Below, piece by piece: positions 14,901 through 26,984 of a stretch of 64,000 nt of DNA. The translations under genes were made by a program, and so were the position numbers. Where the stretch lies: contig NC_047015.1 in the NCBI RefSeq assembly GCF_902652985.1, positions 17,484,001-17,548,000 of the forward strand, written 5' to 3'. The DNA is from Pecten maximus. Lineage: Eukaryota. How positions within the stretch are numbered: position 1 is the stretch's first letter; each line of letters begins with the position of its first letter. A model generated the notes under the pieces. The model was not told where the DNA came from, did not search any database, and saw only the letters and a program-made list of their open reading frames with translations.

Positions 14901-17900
14901 AAATCACTACGTAGACCATCCTTATATCAACACAGAGTAAAGAAAGTCGTAAAAAGTCATTTCAATGTAAATCTAGAGAATATTAAAGTATATGTTTAAA
15001 AAGAATGACTCACCGTAAATAGTTTTGATAATAACCCTGACTTGATAAAAGTCATGCAAAACCAGCTAGGATCTACGTGTGACCTTTCGTGACCTTAAAA
15101 GAGTTACGGAGCCAATCACATTGGCTACAATCTATATGCAGGTAGACTAGGCAGTGAGGCTGATTGATACCATTGTTTGCTTTTCGGGTCGTTATCTCGG
15201 TAAGAAGTAGAACGTTAAAAGTTTAAATTTGACAACAACAAGATAAAAAAGACAACATGGAAAAAATGAGTTCAAATTTGGACTAGTATAAATGATTCAC
15301 AACAGTAATAGGGTCTCGAAGTGCACGTGTGGCGACACGTGTTGCCGTAGTAACGCTCGTGTATTACCTGGCAGCTTACATGACAACTACACCACACGTA
15401 CATGTCCACTAGTCAACAGTCGTAAAAAGATATAAAAATAAAAAAGAGAAAACATACAACATACTCTGAATAGTTGATAATATTCCACCTGTAATAGAAT
15501 AGGATTGAGAGTAAATCGTCGGCACCGGGGATACCACTACGCACGCCTGTAATAAGCTGGATTCAATAACAGGTTTCATGATAATGCTTGTAAAATGTTC
15601 AGAATTAGCCCCTTCAACACCAAACATAACGGTAAGGTCGTGACCATAGATTGCGACCAATGGAATAACTCTTTCACACGATTTACTTCTGAATCATTAT
15701 TTACAAAAATGAAATCTTTTCTGAAATAATGCCATTTTTGATGTGTTTTAGATATATCACAACATTACGTCATATTTAAACATGGTCTCTGTCAATGGCT
15801 ACATAGTTTAAGTGATAGAAAGTCAATGATGATGGAAACAACTATCTAAAAATTGCCATTCTCTCTAATATCATCTTCCTCTACCACAACCGTCTGCCAA
15901 ATATAGGTTTAATGTATACATGTACTTTGAAATCTAGTTACCGAATAAAAGTTCCACACTCTAATATTTATATGAAAATGAGAAGAGTGCGTCCATTTCA
16001 GGAATACTTTGGTCACATAGTGTATCAGTATATGTGTTCTTATATCTTTTATATGTTTTCAATATTCATGGAACTTTAACAGCATGGAGGTTTTTAAACT
16101 GCGTTTATCATACAAATGTGGTATCACACGACACATATTGTATGCTTAATAAAATCTAATATCCCTGTGTGTAGCTACACTGTTTTCTCTACTCTAACTT
16201 CACATCACTTACTTAGAATACCGGAAGGCCATCTCATGCGCATGGCACCTCGTGTTCCACTCCGGAAGTCAGCCCACTGCGCGACGTTCCCGCAATACAT
16301 AAATGTACAGGAGGTATTCAGCCAGACGATGTCATCATGACTCATGACAAAGTCCCACACATGCAGATGGGCAAGGTCACCCATGAATGCCACACTTGAG
16401 TCAAAATCGAAGGCCTCTCGAGACGCCTGGCCTAATACAAACTCCCCTCCCCCGGGCACAGGCTTCCGGAACGCGCTTCGCCGGCCACTGTTGACCTCTT
16501 TTGTATTCCAGTACAGTTTCCATGAACCATCTGAAATGGAGATTGAACAGCCAGTAAGTTATGTGTTTACACGGTATCACTGACATCAAAATAAAATCGG
16601 GAAAATGGATCGGAAGAGAATAAGAATGAACTGATGATCTAGAAGTACAGAACCCGGAAAGGTATGTTGATAAGTTGTCAGTCTAAAGTATAATTATTTC
16701 TCAAACTATTTGTATTACTTTCCCCTTATATTTGTATGCTTTTCAACACAGAATCACAAAGATATACCCTTCCCGTTCCATGTCCAAGCCACGTGGGCCC
16801 ACTCGCCGGCAGGAAGAATGATCCTGGTATATTTCACTCGGTCAAAGAGGCGAAACCAGAGTCTGTGGTCGACTCCCATCTGTATGATATCGAGGGTGGT
16901 GCCCTGTTTGTAGGAGAGAATGGTGCCATTATCGGTGGAGGAATGGTTCTTACTCAGACGAATCCAATACACTATGGTAAAAGCCTTCACCTGTGGGAAA
17001 CCTTTCCCTAGTAACAGCGTGTATCGCTTTGGCCGTTTCTCCTTGAATTCCAGGCGCGAGTCTATGGCAGTAGCTGAAAAATAGACACAGCATAACATTT
17101 CCATATACATCAAAATACCAAGTACATGATCATGTCCGCAAAATATACAGTTCTTTAAACAGATTAATTAATGGTCAGGGCTTTCAGATGACCTGTTTCA
17201 TCTAGCAATTTCAGAAGACAACTAACAAATCTGAACGGCCAAATAGAAATGGCCTAGCAAATACCAAGTGAAAATATTGTTGATGTGCATAATATGATAT
17301 TCTTGAGGTGGTACGAGTCTACAGAAAAGAAACCCTTCACTTTAAACATTCAGATTGACAGCCCTGTCCGTCCATACTTACACATGCACTTCTCTGTGTT
17401 CCAGTGGAAGCCGGAGCCACACTCGCATCCATAGCCGTCCGGGTGGTCTATACACTCGGGAGTATTATAGTAGGACGTATGACAGGCGGAGGCGAAATCG
17501 GTGGCTACAATATATAGACAGGTGTTTACCAGACTGAGGAATCTTATGGAAGGTATACGTACTTTGGTTCCATTGCGGGTATTAAAATCAGCTTTGGTAT
17601 CCGTTTTCGAAGTCACAACCTGACAATTTTAAACAGTCAAATAGCTCGTAATCAATGTGGATGCAGATATGTGTCGTTACGACCGCATTGGTTTCGAGCA
17701 GACAGATCGCGTACGGACGTACACTGTACATGTATGCATTGGAGCAGACGCGTTCGATCGGACGTACATATTTACTTACCAGCCGAGACGCCATGTCTGC
17801 CCACACAGGACAAGCCAAGCCCACATAGGATTGTGATTCCTAGTCCAACTCCACAGAATGCCCCTGCCACCCTCTCAAAGTAACCGAATCTCCGCCCATA

Positions 17901-17906
17901 GGTCAT
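2949..17906 (-). CDS. Adhesion GPCR-like protein, N-terminal 476 codons (signal peptide, EGF-like, pentraxin/LamG, HormR, start of GAIN); gene continues off the left end of the window
   Basis: Exons (minus): 17906-17780 (MTYGRRFGYFERVAGAFCGVGLGITILCGLGLSCVGRHGVSA), 17504-17382 (EGF-like CIDHPDGYGCECGSGFHWNTEKC), 17073-16768 and 16530-16213 (pentraxin motifs AFTIVYWIR, WAHVAWTWNG, GGEFVLGQ, AFMGDLAHLHVWD), 7340-7275, 6626-6507 and 6085-5979 (HormR: WERTKA..CPG..ATRLC..GIWGKPFIDKCIS), 3459-3301 and 3050-2949 (helical, GAIN-A-like). All have GT-AG boundaries with matching phases (1,1,1,1,1,1,0,0). GPS and 7TM are not in the window, so GPCR status is inferred from domain order. Confidence 0.85.
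3846..5677. repeat. Minisatellite, 58-bp unit (~31 copies) with internal hairpin TTACACC-atggc-GGTGTAA
   Basis: GGCGGTGTAATATCACAGTGTAAGCCAGCTATCCCCTCTAATCACATAGTTACACCAT repeated. Confidence 0.97.
6700..6900 (-). mobile_element. tRNA-derived SINE (degenerate)
   Basis: Minus strand reads taagtggtag..gggtcgttaGTTCGAATCCcggtacgggc (A-box-like plus B-box at 6859-6850), then a body and a (gtaaa)-type simple tail. Confidence 0.55.
8284..9502. repeat. Minisatellite, ~60-bp unit with nested 17-bp subrepeat TTAGGTAGTATAAATAG
   Basis: TTAGGTAGTATAAATAGTTAGTGTCTGTCTAGAATTCGGAGGTCCCGGGTACTGTACTGG repeated with variable subrepeat number. Confidence 0.95.
11220..12585. repeat. GC-rich minisatellite, 43-bp unit (~31 copies)
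   Basis: GGAACCCAGGCCAGTGACAACACTGATAAGGCTCTGACGGGGT; contains a CAGTG-acaa-CACTG hairpin. Confidence 0.97.
12628..12918. repeat. Minisatellite, 31-bp unit (~9 copies)
   Basis: GATGTGTATTACACACGTAATTACCTATTTC repeated. Confidence 0.92.
13531..14166 (-). mobile_element. Non-autonomous Helentron-associated element (HINE/DINE-like)
   Basis: Minus strand shows a T-run, subterminal IR and stem-loop (taggtcacctgagacgaagtctcaattgaccta), a (gtc/gtcc)n microsatellite, internal repeats (tgaccctttttggcccc x2), then a 3' subTIR and palindrome AGGCCCATGGGCCT followed by CTTGTTT. This is the standard HINE layout. Confidence 0.8.
14347..14795. repeat. Minisatellite, 41-bp unit (~11 copies)
   Basis: GTAGACACGTTGTCCCACGTATCCTTGTCGTCCGTTACGCC repeated with variants. 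Confidence 0.92.
15080..15095 (-). promoter_or_regulatory. Perfect DR4 nuclear-receptor element (AGGTCA-cgaa-AGGTCA) in a GPCR intron
   Basis: TGACCTTTCGTGACCT on the plus strand, next to an inverted CCAAT/ATTGG pair (15111-15124). Confidence 0.3.
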
Positions 17907-18505
17907 CGCGCCATTCTTCGTCGTCGCCCCCGCCGCCGTCGTCGTCAACTGGGAACAGCAGAGCAGGTGCTGGCTGCTGCGAAGGTTGATGTTTATCTGA
18001 GGAAGAGAGTGGCGTGTGAGAGATTAGAAACTGTATTGATCCCCCTCCATACCGAGGCCCTACCGTCTGTCCGTCAGTTGTACGCCAATCTGTATACAGC
18101 AGTTATTACCTTTGTGAAGCCCCGGGCTCACGACCATCAGAATGAGTATTATACCCTACAGAGATTTGGTATGTTCTACGCTCCAGACACACCAGAGACA
18201 CAGGGCGGGTCCAGACGCGGTATGTGACGCTCGTCAATTCACTAGAGTTGATTTCCGGTAGTATGTCTGACGGTTATTTGTGACGATAACCACCTATTAC
18301 ATGTCACGTTGCCGTCGACCAAATTACACTTTCTATTCATTATGGCCAGAGACCAGCTTCTCAGCAAAATCAAAATCAGATATCAATTTGAGGGAAATCA
18401 TTGTTATTCGTAAAATACCAATGTCATATATACACCTTGAGAAAAGGATTCGTGGGACTGTTTTAAGTGTCATATTGAAAACGTAAAAATTGAATGTTGA
18501 AATTC

Positions 18506-18624
18506 TCAACAAAATCTAGAGCGTTATCAACAAAATCTAGGGCGTTATCAACAAAATCTAGGGCGTTATCAACAAAATCTAGGGCGTTATCAACAAAATC
18601 TAGAGCGTTATCAACAAAATCTAG
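18506..18624. repeat. Minisatellite, 21-bp unit (~5.5 copies)
   Basis: AACAAAATCTAGGGCGTTATC repeated. Confidence 0.92.
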
Positions 18625-19137
18625 CAAATCCTCATTTCTTTGATACATTGACCAACTCTCGACTGACATTTAATATACACTTACTTATTGTTGTCTTTGT
18701 TTTCTTATTCATCTAAAAATATAAATATCAAAAATAAATCGTTGACGTAGAACGATACCAGAAAAAAATATAAAGAATCTTTTATGCTAAGAAAGAATCA
18801 GCATTTATGCATCACGGTACATTTGTGTCAATACCTCTCTTATTAATCTCGATGGTGAATATTTTGGGGGTTCTATCAGATGAACACATTAAAACAAGAC
18901 GGGAAATGGATATGACGCCGCCAATTTCAATGCGACGCATATAAGACTTAAACATAGATTGTGTTGACCACATACACAGTAGTATGAACGCAGTCGGCAT
19001 CGGACGTATGTGTATGATGAATGCTAGCCTCCATAAAGGGAAAACATATATGCTTGATATATGGTGAATGTTGGCCTCCATAAAGGGAGAACATATATGT
19101 TTGATATATGGTGAATGTTGGGTTCCATTATGGGTAC

Positions 19138-22100
19138 TTACAATGATGGAATCTATCATCACACATACAATGATGGAATCTATCATCACACATATAATGA
19201 TGGAATTTATCATCACACATATAACGATTGAATCTATCATCACACATACAATGATGGAATCTATCATCACACATATAACGATGGAATCTATCATCACACA
19301 TATAACGATGGAATCTATCATCACACATATAATGATGGAATCTATCATCACATATAATGATGGAATCTATCATCACACATATAATGATGGAATATATCAT
19401 CACACATATATGATATAATGATGGAATCTATCATCACACATATAACGATGGAATCTATCATCACACATATAATGATGGAATTTATCATCACACATATAAT
19501 GATGGAATCTATCATCACACATACAATGATGGAATATATCATCACACATATAATGATGGAATCTATCATCACACATATAATGATGGAATCTATCATCACA
19601 TATAATGATGGAATCTATCATCACACATATAATGATGGAATATATCATCACACATATATGATATAATGATGGAATCTATCATCACACATATAACGATGGA
19701 ATCTATCATCACACATATAATGATGGAATATATCATCACACATACAATGATGGAATCTATCATCACACATACTGTTACAATGATGGAATATATCATCACA
19801 CATACAATGATGGAATATATCATCACACATATAATGATGGAATCTATCATCACATACAATGATGGAATCTATCATCACGTACAATGATGGAATCTATCAT
19901 CACATACAATGATGGAATATATCATCACACATACAATGATGGAATCTATCATCACACATACAATGATGGAATCTATCATCACACATACAACCATTGAATC
20001 TATCATCACACATATAATGATGGAATCTATCATCACACATATATGATATAATGATGGAATCTATCATCACATACAATGATGGAATATATCATCACACTTA
20101 TAAGATGGAATCTATCATCACACATACAATGATGGAATCTATCATCACATATAACGATGGAATCTATCATCACACATATAATGATGGAATCTATCATCAC
20201 ACATACAATGATGGAATCTATCATCACACATACAATGGTGGAATCTATCATCACACATACAATGATGGAATCTATCATCACACATACAATGATGGAATCT
20301 ATCATCACACATATAACGATGGAATCTATCATCACACATATAACGATGGAATCTATCATCACACATATAATGATGGAATATATCATCACACATATAATGA
20401 TGGAATCTATCATCACACATACAATGATGGAATCTACCATCACACATACAATGGTGGAATCTATCATCACACATATAACGATAGAATCTATCATCACACA
20501 TATAACGATGGAATCTATCATCACACATATAATGATGGAATATATCATCACACATATAATGATGGAATCTATCATCACACATACAATGGTGGAATATATC
20601 ATCACACATACAATGATGGAATCTACCATCACACATACAATGGTGGAATCTATCATCACACATATAACGATTGAATCTATCATCACATATAATGATGGAA
20701 TCTATCATCACACATATAATGATGGAATATATCTTCTCCCACCTTTCACTGATTTGTCTCCCGTTTTGAGTGTACAAGATTTCTCTGTCTTTTTTAGCGC
20801 GTGCAATCTGTCATACCCTAGAGTGTGACAGATTGCACGCGCTCACTTTCTTCACCGGAAGTACTACCGGAACTACTTTTTTTGTTTACATTACGTCGTC
20901 TGCTACGTCAACAAACAAATTGTGTACACAATAATACAAAAATCCCCAGTCTCTAAACAACTACAGACAACTGAACAGTTTCCAAAAACAAAAAATGTCT
21001 GCCATTCTTTCAAATACAAATGAATCCCCCAACTGTAGGCCTACAACTGAAACTGAGAGCAAGTGCACCTACCTGCACCGATCGCGACAAAATTGTTCAA
21101 CTGTCACAAGTAAAAAATTCGCACAACAGCATTTCCTTGTGCCCAACTCCGTCCGATGTCACAAGATCGGTGTTTTATGGATCCACAATCAGTGGGGGAA
21201 CATTTAACATCCATTTCCACAGCCATAATGACAACACAAAGTCGATTTCAAAGCGACCTCGTGTGATTTACTCCGAGTCGGACAGTGATGAGTGAGTGAC
21301 GTCACCCCACGTGAAATGGATGAATGGAAATGTGTGCATATTTCCCGCGGTTTTTTTGACATGTGTACTTGTTTACAAACAGACGGAGATCGCCGATGGG
21401 AAAGCACATAAAGAAAAGAGGTGGGAGAAAAATAATCATTCCCTACCTTGAGGGTGTAACAAAGAAATCTCAACCTTCGGGGGAGATTCTTGAATTTCCA
21501 AACCCTCGGCAAGCCTCGGGTTGGACATTCAAGAATCTCCCCCTCAGGTTGAGATTTCTCTGTCACACCCTCAAGGTAGGGAAAGATTCTATTAATCACA
21601 CATATAATGATGAAATATATCATCACACATATAATGATGGAATCTATCATTACATACAATGATGGAATCTATCATCGCATATAATGATGGAATCTATCAT
21701 CACATACAATGATGGAATTTATCATCACACATATAACGATGGAATATATCATCACACATATAACGATGGAATCTATCATCACACATACAATGATGGAATC
21801 TATCATCACACATATAATGGTGGAATCTATCATCACACATACAATGGTGGAATCTATCATCACACATACAATGGTGGAATCTATCATCACACATACAATG
21901 ATGGAATCTATCATCACACATACAATGATGGAATCTATCATCACACATATAACGATGGAATCTATCATCACACATACAATGGTGGAATCTATCATCACAC
22001 ATACAATGATGGAATCTATCATCACACATATAATGATGGAATCTATCATCACACATATAATGATGGAATCTATCATCACACATACAATGATGGAATCTAT

Positions 22101-22395
22101 CATCACACATACAATGGTGGAATCTATCATCACACATACAATGATGGAATATATCATCACACATACAATGATGGAATATATCATCACATATATAACGATG
22201 GAATATATCATCACACATACAATGATGGAATCTATCATCACACATATAACGATGGAATCTATCATCACATATAATGATGGAATATATCATCACACATACA
22301 ATGATGGAATCTATCATCACACATATGATAATGAATATATCATCACATAAAATGATGGAATCTTTCGTCACACATACATCACACATACAATGACG
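19138..22395. repeat. Minisatellite, 27-bp unit ACAATGATGGAATCTATCATCACACAT, interrupted by a Crypton-like element at ~20734-21595
   Basis: Direct tandem repetition on both sides of the insertion. Confidence 0.97.
20734..21595 (+). mobile_element. Non-autonomous Crypton-like (tyrosine recombinase, DUF3504 type) element
   Basis: Residual ORF 20935-21295: KNPQSLNNYRQLNSFQKQKMSAILS...(frameshift)..SVFYGSTISGGTFNIHF..KRPRVIYSESDSDE*, resembling the CryptonA/DUF3504 C-terminus with the YR catalytic Tyr. Hairpins at 20797-20844 and 21434-21588; IR ttctcccacct/aggtgggagaa. Confidence 0.7.
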
Positions 22396-22856
22396 AGTTT
22401 CGCTGAATCATGAAAAAAAACCGTGAAGAAAGTATCCTGGTGCCATAATCTAACAATTCCGCCGAGTATCTGTGTAACAGATATTACACAGATACTATTG
22501 TCCCGAATAACAATTAGCCTAGCTTTTCTCTGTCTGTGGGGCAGACTTACGGGTTAACTCATATATTTCATATCAAGCAAAGTTTGTTTGTGTGCGTGCG
22601 TCTATTTGAAACAATCTAGATATAGGCGCCTTTTCACGCGCCCGGTAGGCTTCCGTGAGTTATAACTAATGACAAACGGCGATGTTGTTTCAAATGCAAC
22701 ACGTACTCAAATAACACTAGCTTGTGAGAGTAATCAAGTGAACAATGCGTTCTATCATCTAATGTCATAAAAAACAATTACTTCCCCGAGTATAGGGCAA
22801 CATATTGCTTCTCTTCAGGTCATATCTCACCATCAATCATTGTAAAGGCTTCATCA

Positions 22857-23290
22857 GAGTTTGACATGGACTAACAATGTAGTCCATTGTTGTCTCAAGT
22901 ACTCGTCCGTCCACACATTCAGAGAGCTATTGTGAGTTTGACATGGACTAACAATGTAGTCCATTGTTGTCTCAAGTACTCGTCCGTTCACGCATTCAGA
23001 GAGCTATTGTGAGTTTGACATGGACTAACAATGTAGTCCATTGTTGTCTCAAGTACTCGTCCGTCCACACATTCAGAGAGCTATTGTGAGTTTGACATGG
23101 ACTAACAATGTAGTCCATTGTTGTCTCAAGTACTCGTCCGTTCACGCATTCAGAGAGCTATTGTGAGTTTGACATGGACTAACAATGTAGTCCATTGTTG
23201 TCTCAAGTACTCGTCCGTCCACACATTCAGAGAGCTATTGTGAGTTCGACATGGATAAGTAATATAGTCAGTTGTTGTCTCAATTACTAT
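22857..23290. repeat. Minisatellite, 77-bp unit (~5.7 copies) in alternating A/B dimers
   Basis: Unit contains the hairpin ATGGACTA-acaatg-TAGTCCAT; variants ccacacattc/tcacgcattc alternate. Confidence 0.93.
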
Positions 23291-24084
23291 CCTTTCACAC
23301 ATTTCAGATAACATTTTTTTACAGAAAGATGTAATGATGTGTCAACTGGCTTGAATGTATTGTCAACATCATTTGAGTTCTAGTGTGCTGACCGTAAGTT
23401 TCATTTCCATATGTTACACTTCTAGGTCTATAAACAAGGCAACACCATCGGCTTAATAATGACAGCCGACTCGCCTGCCTTTACCATCAGCTTGGAATTC
23501 TAGGAGATTTACAATGATATATTGTGCAATTTGTGTTTTCAAATTCGCTAGATAAACAAGAATCCGCATGCAAGATATCGCTAATATCTCGAACGCATGT
23601 CATTATAATGAAGACATCGGTGTAACCAGGCACACGGCTAATGTAATACTGGGATATCAGGAGTAAGCCGGTATTTATCGGTAGTTTAAGCGCGTCCGTC
23701 ACTCTGAAGGCACTCACAATCACGCGCTCGGTAACTGCCTTATTAAAGACACAACGAAAAGAGAAACCATGCATCAGCGCAAAGACAAAAAATGAAATAA
23801 ATTATTCATATGATCAAAACGATACTGAAGTGACACGTCTTACATCACACGTAAATGGACAGGGATTTCGGTAAATACTAAAAAATACATTGTCTTGTTA
23901 ACCAAGTTCTTTCTGTTTATGTGTTACTTTGCAAAATATTCTTGCAGTGTGTCGCGTGAATATCGAAAGGTGTAAACGCTATGAGCAGAATGTATACCGT
24001 GCAAACACTGCATCATGTCGCACGAATCCTTTTCGCAAGAAGTGTACATGGCGTCGGTTTCTCTAACGTATAGAACTGATACAC

Positions 24085-24900
24085 GTGTAAACACTATCTT
24101 GTATGACGTGAAAACACCGAAGCGTGTTGAACGTACATGTATCAACACTGTGACGTGTAAACAATGAAGCGTGTCGAACGTATAACACTAGATTGTCGGA
24201 CGTGTAAACACTAGATTGTCGGACGTGTAAACACTAGCGGGTCGGACGTGTAAACACTATAGCGTGTCGGACGTGTAAACACTAGCGTGTCGGACGTGTA
24301 AACACTATAGCGGGTCGGACGTGTAAACACTATAGCGTGTTGGACGTGTAAACACTAGCGTGTCGGACGTGTAAACACTGTAGCGTGTCGACGTATAACA
24401 CTGTAGCGTGTCGGACGTGTAAACACTAGCGTGTAGGACGTGTTAATACTGTGGCGTCTCGGACGTGTAAACACTGTAGCATGTTGGACGTGTAACCACT
24501 ATGGTGTGCCAGACGTGTAAACACTGTAGCGTGTCGACGTATAACACTGTAGCGTGTCGGACGTGTAAACACTGTAGCGTGTCGGACGTGTAAACACTGT
24601 AGCGTGTCGGACGTGTAAACACTATAGCGTGTTGGACGTGTAAATACTGTAGCTGTCGGACGTGTAAACACTGTAGCGTGTCGGACGTGTAAACACTGTA
24701 GCGTGTCGGACGTGTAAACACGGTAGCGTGTTGGACGTGTAAACAATGTAGCGTGTTGGACGTGTAACACTGTAGCGTGTCGGACGTGTAAACACTGTAG
24801 CGTGTTGGACGTGTTAACACCGTAGCGTGTCGGACGTGCAAACATAGCAGCGGGTCGGACATAAAATCACTGTAGCGTGTCGGACGTGTAACCACTGTAG
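24085..24900. repeat. Minisatellite, ~25-bp unit GTCGGACGTGTAAACACTGTAGCGT
   Basis: ~30 copies, degenerate toward the left. Confidence 0.93.
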
Positions 24901-25350
24901 TAAACCGCCGTATGAGCACAGGGTCGTGTTTTTCCAGAGATAGACGAACTATGCATTCTGGACGGACGGTCTGATATAATATAGTAACATTATTTTGCTG
25001 TACTTTTATTTAAAAATGTACAAACATCATACATTACAGTGTCCAGGAGGGACTCTGGGTAGTCAACTAAATACACATGTAAGCAGGTCAATTCTGCTAA
25101 CACGTACAATTCTGCTGGCGCGTACTATATTAAACTTTTCAAATCTATTACATCAAACTAGTATACATGATCTTATAGGGAAATAACTAACCAGCCGATT
25201 CTAAACACATACAAAGGTCAAAGGGTCGGTAATTACGTAAGTAAATCAATATTAGTGTCCATGAGCACTTTGACCAGGTAAATGCAAGGGTCAGGCAGTT
25301 TATATATTAATCAATTTTACTTATTACACTACTATATCACGTAGTAACGT

Positions 25351-26538
25351 AATGTTTTTTTGGTACATTTACTGTACTTTTATTTAAAGCGTACAATCAT
25401 CATATATCTGTACTTCATAAATGCCTATGTACATGTTATCCTGTCCCGGGAGAGAGCCCAGGACAGGACAGGGTCGAACTACCTGGAAACTGTCCTGAGC
25501 TTGGCTCTCGCCCAGGACAGGACAGAGTCGAACTACCTGGACACTGTCGTGAGTATGGCTCTCGCCCAGCACAGGACTGAGTCGAACTACCTGGACACTG
25601 TCCTGAGTTTGGCTCTCGCCCAGGACAGGACAGAGTCGACTACCTGGATACTATCCTGAGCTTGGCTGTCGCCCAGGACAGGACAGAGTCGAACTACCTG
25701 GACATTGTGTCCTGAACTTGGCTCTCGCCCAGCACAGGACAGAGTCAAACTACCTGGACACTGTCCTGAGTTTGGCTCTCGCCCAGCACAGGACAGAGTC
25801 GAACTACCTGGATACTGTCCTGAGCTTGGCTGTCGCCCAGGACAGGACAGAGTCGACTACCTGGATACTGTCCTGAGCTTGGCTCTCGCCCAGGACAGGA
25901 CAGAGTCGAACTACCTGGATACTGTCCTGAGCTTGGCTCTCGCCCAGCACAGGAATGAGTCGAACTACCTGGATACTGTCCTGAGCTTGGCTCTCGCCCA
26001 GCACAGGACTGAGTCGAACTACCTGGATACTATCCTGAGCTTGACTCTCGCCCAGGACAGGACAGAGTCGAACTACCTGGACATTGTGTCCTGAACTTGG
26101 CTCTCGCCCAGCACAGGACAGAGTCGAACTACCTGGATACTGTCCTGAGCTTGGCTGTCGCCCAGGACAGGACAGAGTCGACTACCTGGATACTGTCCTG
26201 AGCTTGGCTCTCGCCCAGCACAGGAATGAGTCAAACTACCTGGATACTGTCCTGAGCTTGACTCTCGCCCAGGACAGGACAGAGTCGAACTACCTGGACA
26301 CTGTATCCTGAGTTTGGCTCTCGCCCAGGACAGGACAGAGTCGAACTACCTGGACACTGTGTCCTGAGTTTGGCTCTCGCCCAGCACAGGACAGAGTCGA
26401 ACTACCTGGACACTGTATCCTGAGTTTGGCTGTCGCCCAGGACAGGATAACATGTATATATGCATGTATGAAGTACATATGCATGATGACTGTACACTTT
26501 AGATAAAAGTACAGTAAATGTACCAAACACTTAACATT
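25351..26538. mobile_element. Foldback/MITE-like element: ~100-bp terminal inverted repeats enclosing a 54-bp tandem array (~18 copies)
   Basis: Left tggtacatttactgtacttttat..acatgttatcctgtcc is the reverse complement of right ggacaggataacatgt..ataaaagtacagtaaatgtacca. Central unit CTCGCCCAGGACAGGACAGAGTCGAACTACCTGGATACTGTCCTGAGCTTGGCT. Confidence 0.75.
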
Positions 26539-26984
26539 ATTATACTGATTCCATTCATTGGATAAAGGTGGGACTAGCACTGCGAAGAGCGATATTTGTA
26601 CGTACGTCGCCGATGTACCGCAGTGAAATTGCTGGAGACGGTCCGGACCCTCTCTCGCTCACTGATTAGTCACTTTATATGAAAATAAATTCTCCTCGAC
26701 TTGTACGCCCGATTAGGTCCCTATCGCGCAATCGGGGCACTGTCTCGAAAAGAAAGAAATGGTTATCGATCCCGCCGGGTAAATAAACAGCTACATCATT
26801 TATTAACCGTACGATCTACAAAGGTTACATATTACACTATATATTATTACGTTGAGTCATTAACACATTTATTTGTCTTGCTGTTACTTAAGGGGCAAGC
26901 CAAGACACGTTCAATTTATCATATAAACAGAAAGTTTATAAAGAAGGGTCATCAAATCACTTTTGCTATTCGCTGGGAAACGCC

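Noticed and set aside
17875-18090. Alternative-frame acidic ORF (..FPVDDDGGGGDDEEWRDDLWAEIRLL*) overlapping the GPCR start
   Set aside because: No in-frame ATG within the exon or via the proposed upstream splice.
19068-22386. His/Cys-rich repeat ORFs (YHHTYNDGI, MCDDRFHH) resembling metal-binding or shell proteins
   Set aside because: Products of a 27-bp satellite with frequent frameshifting indels and a TE insertion.
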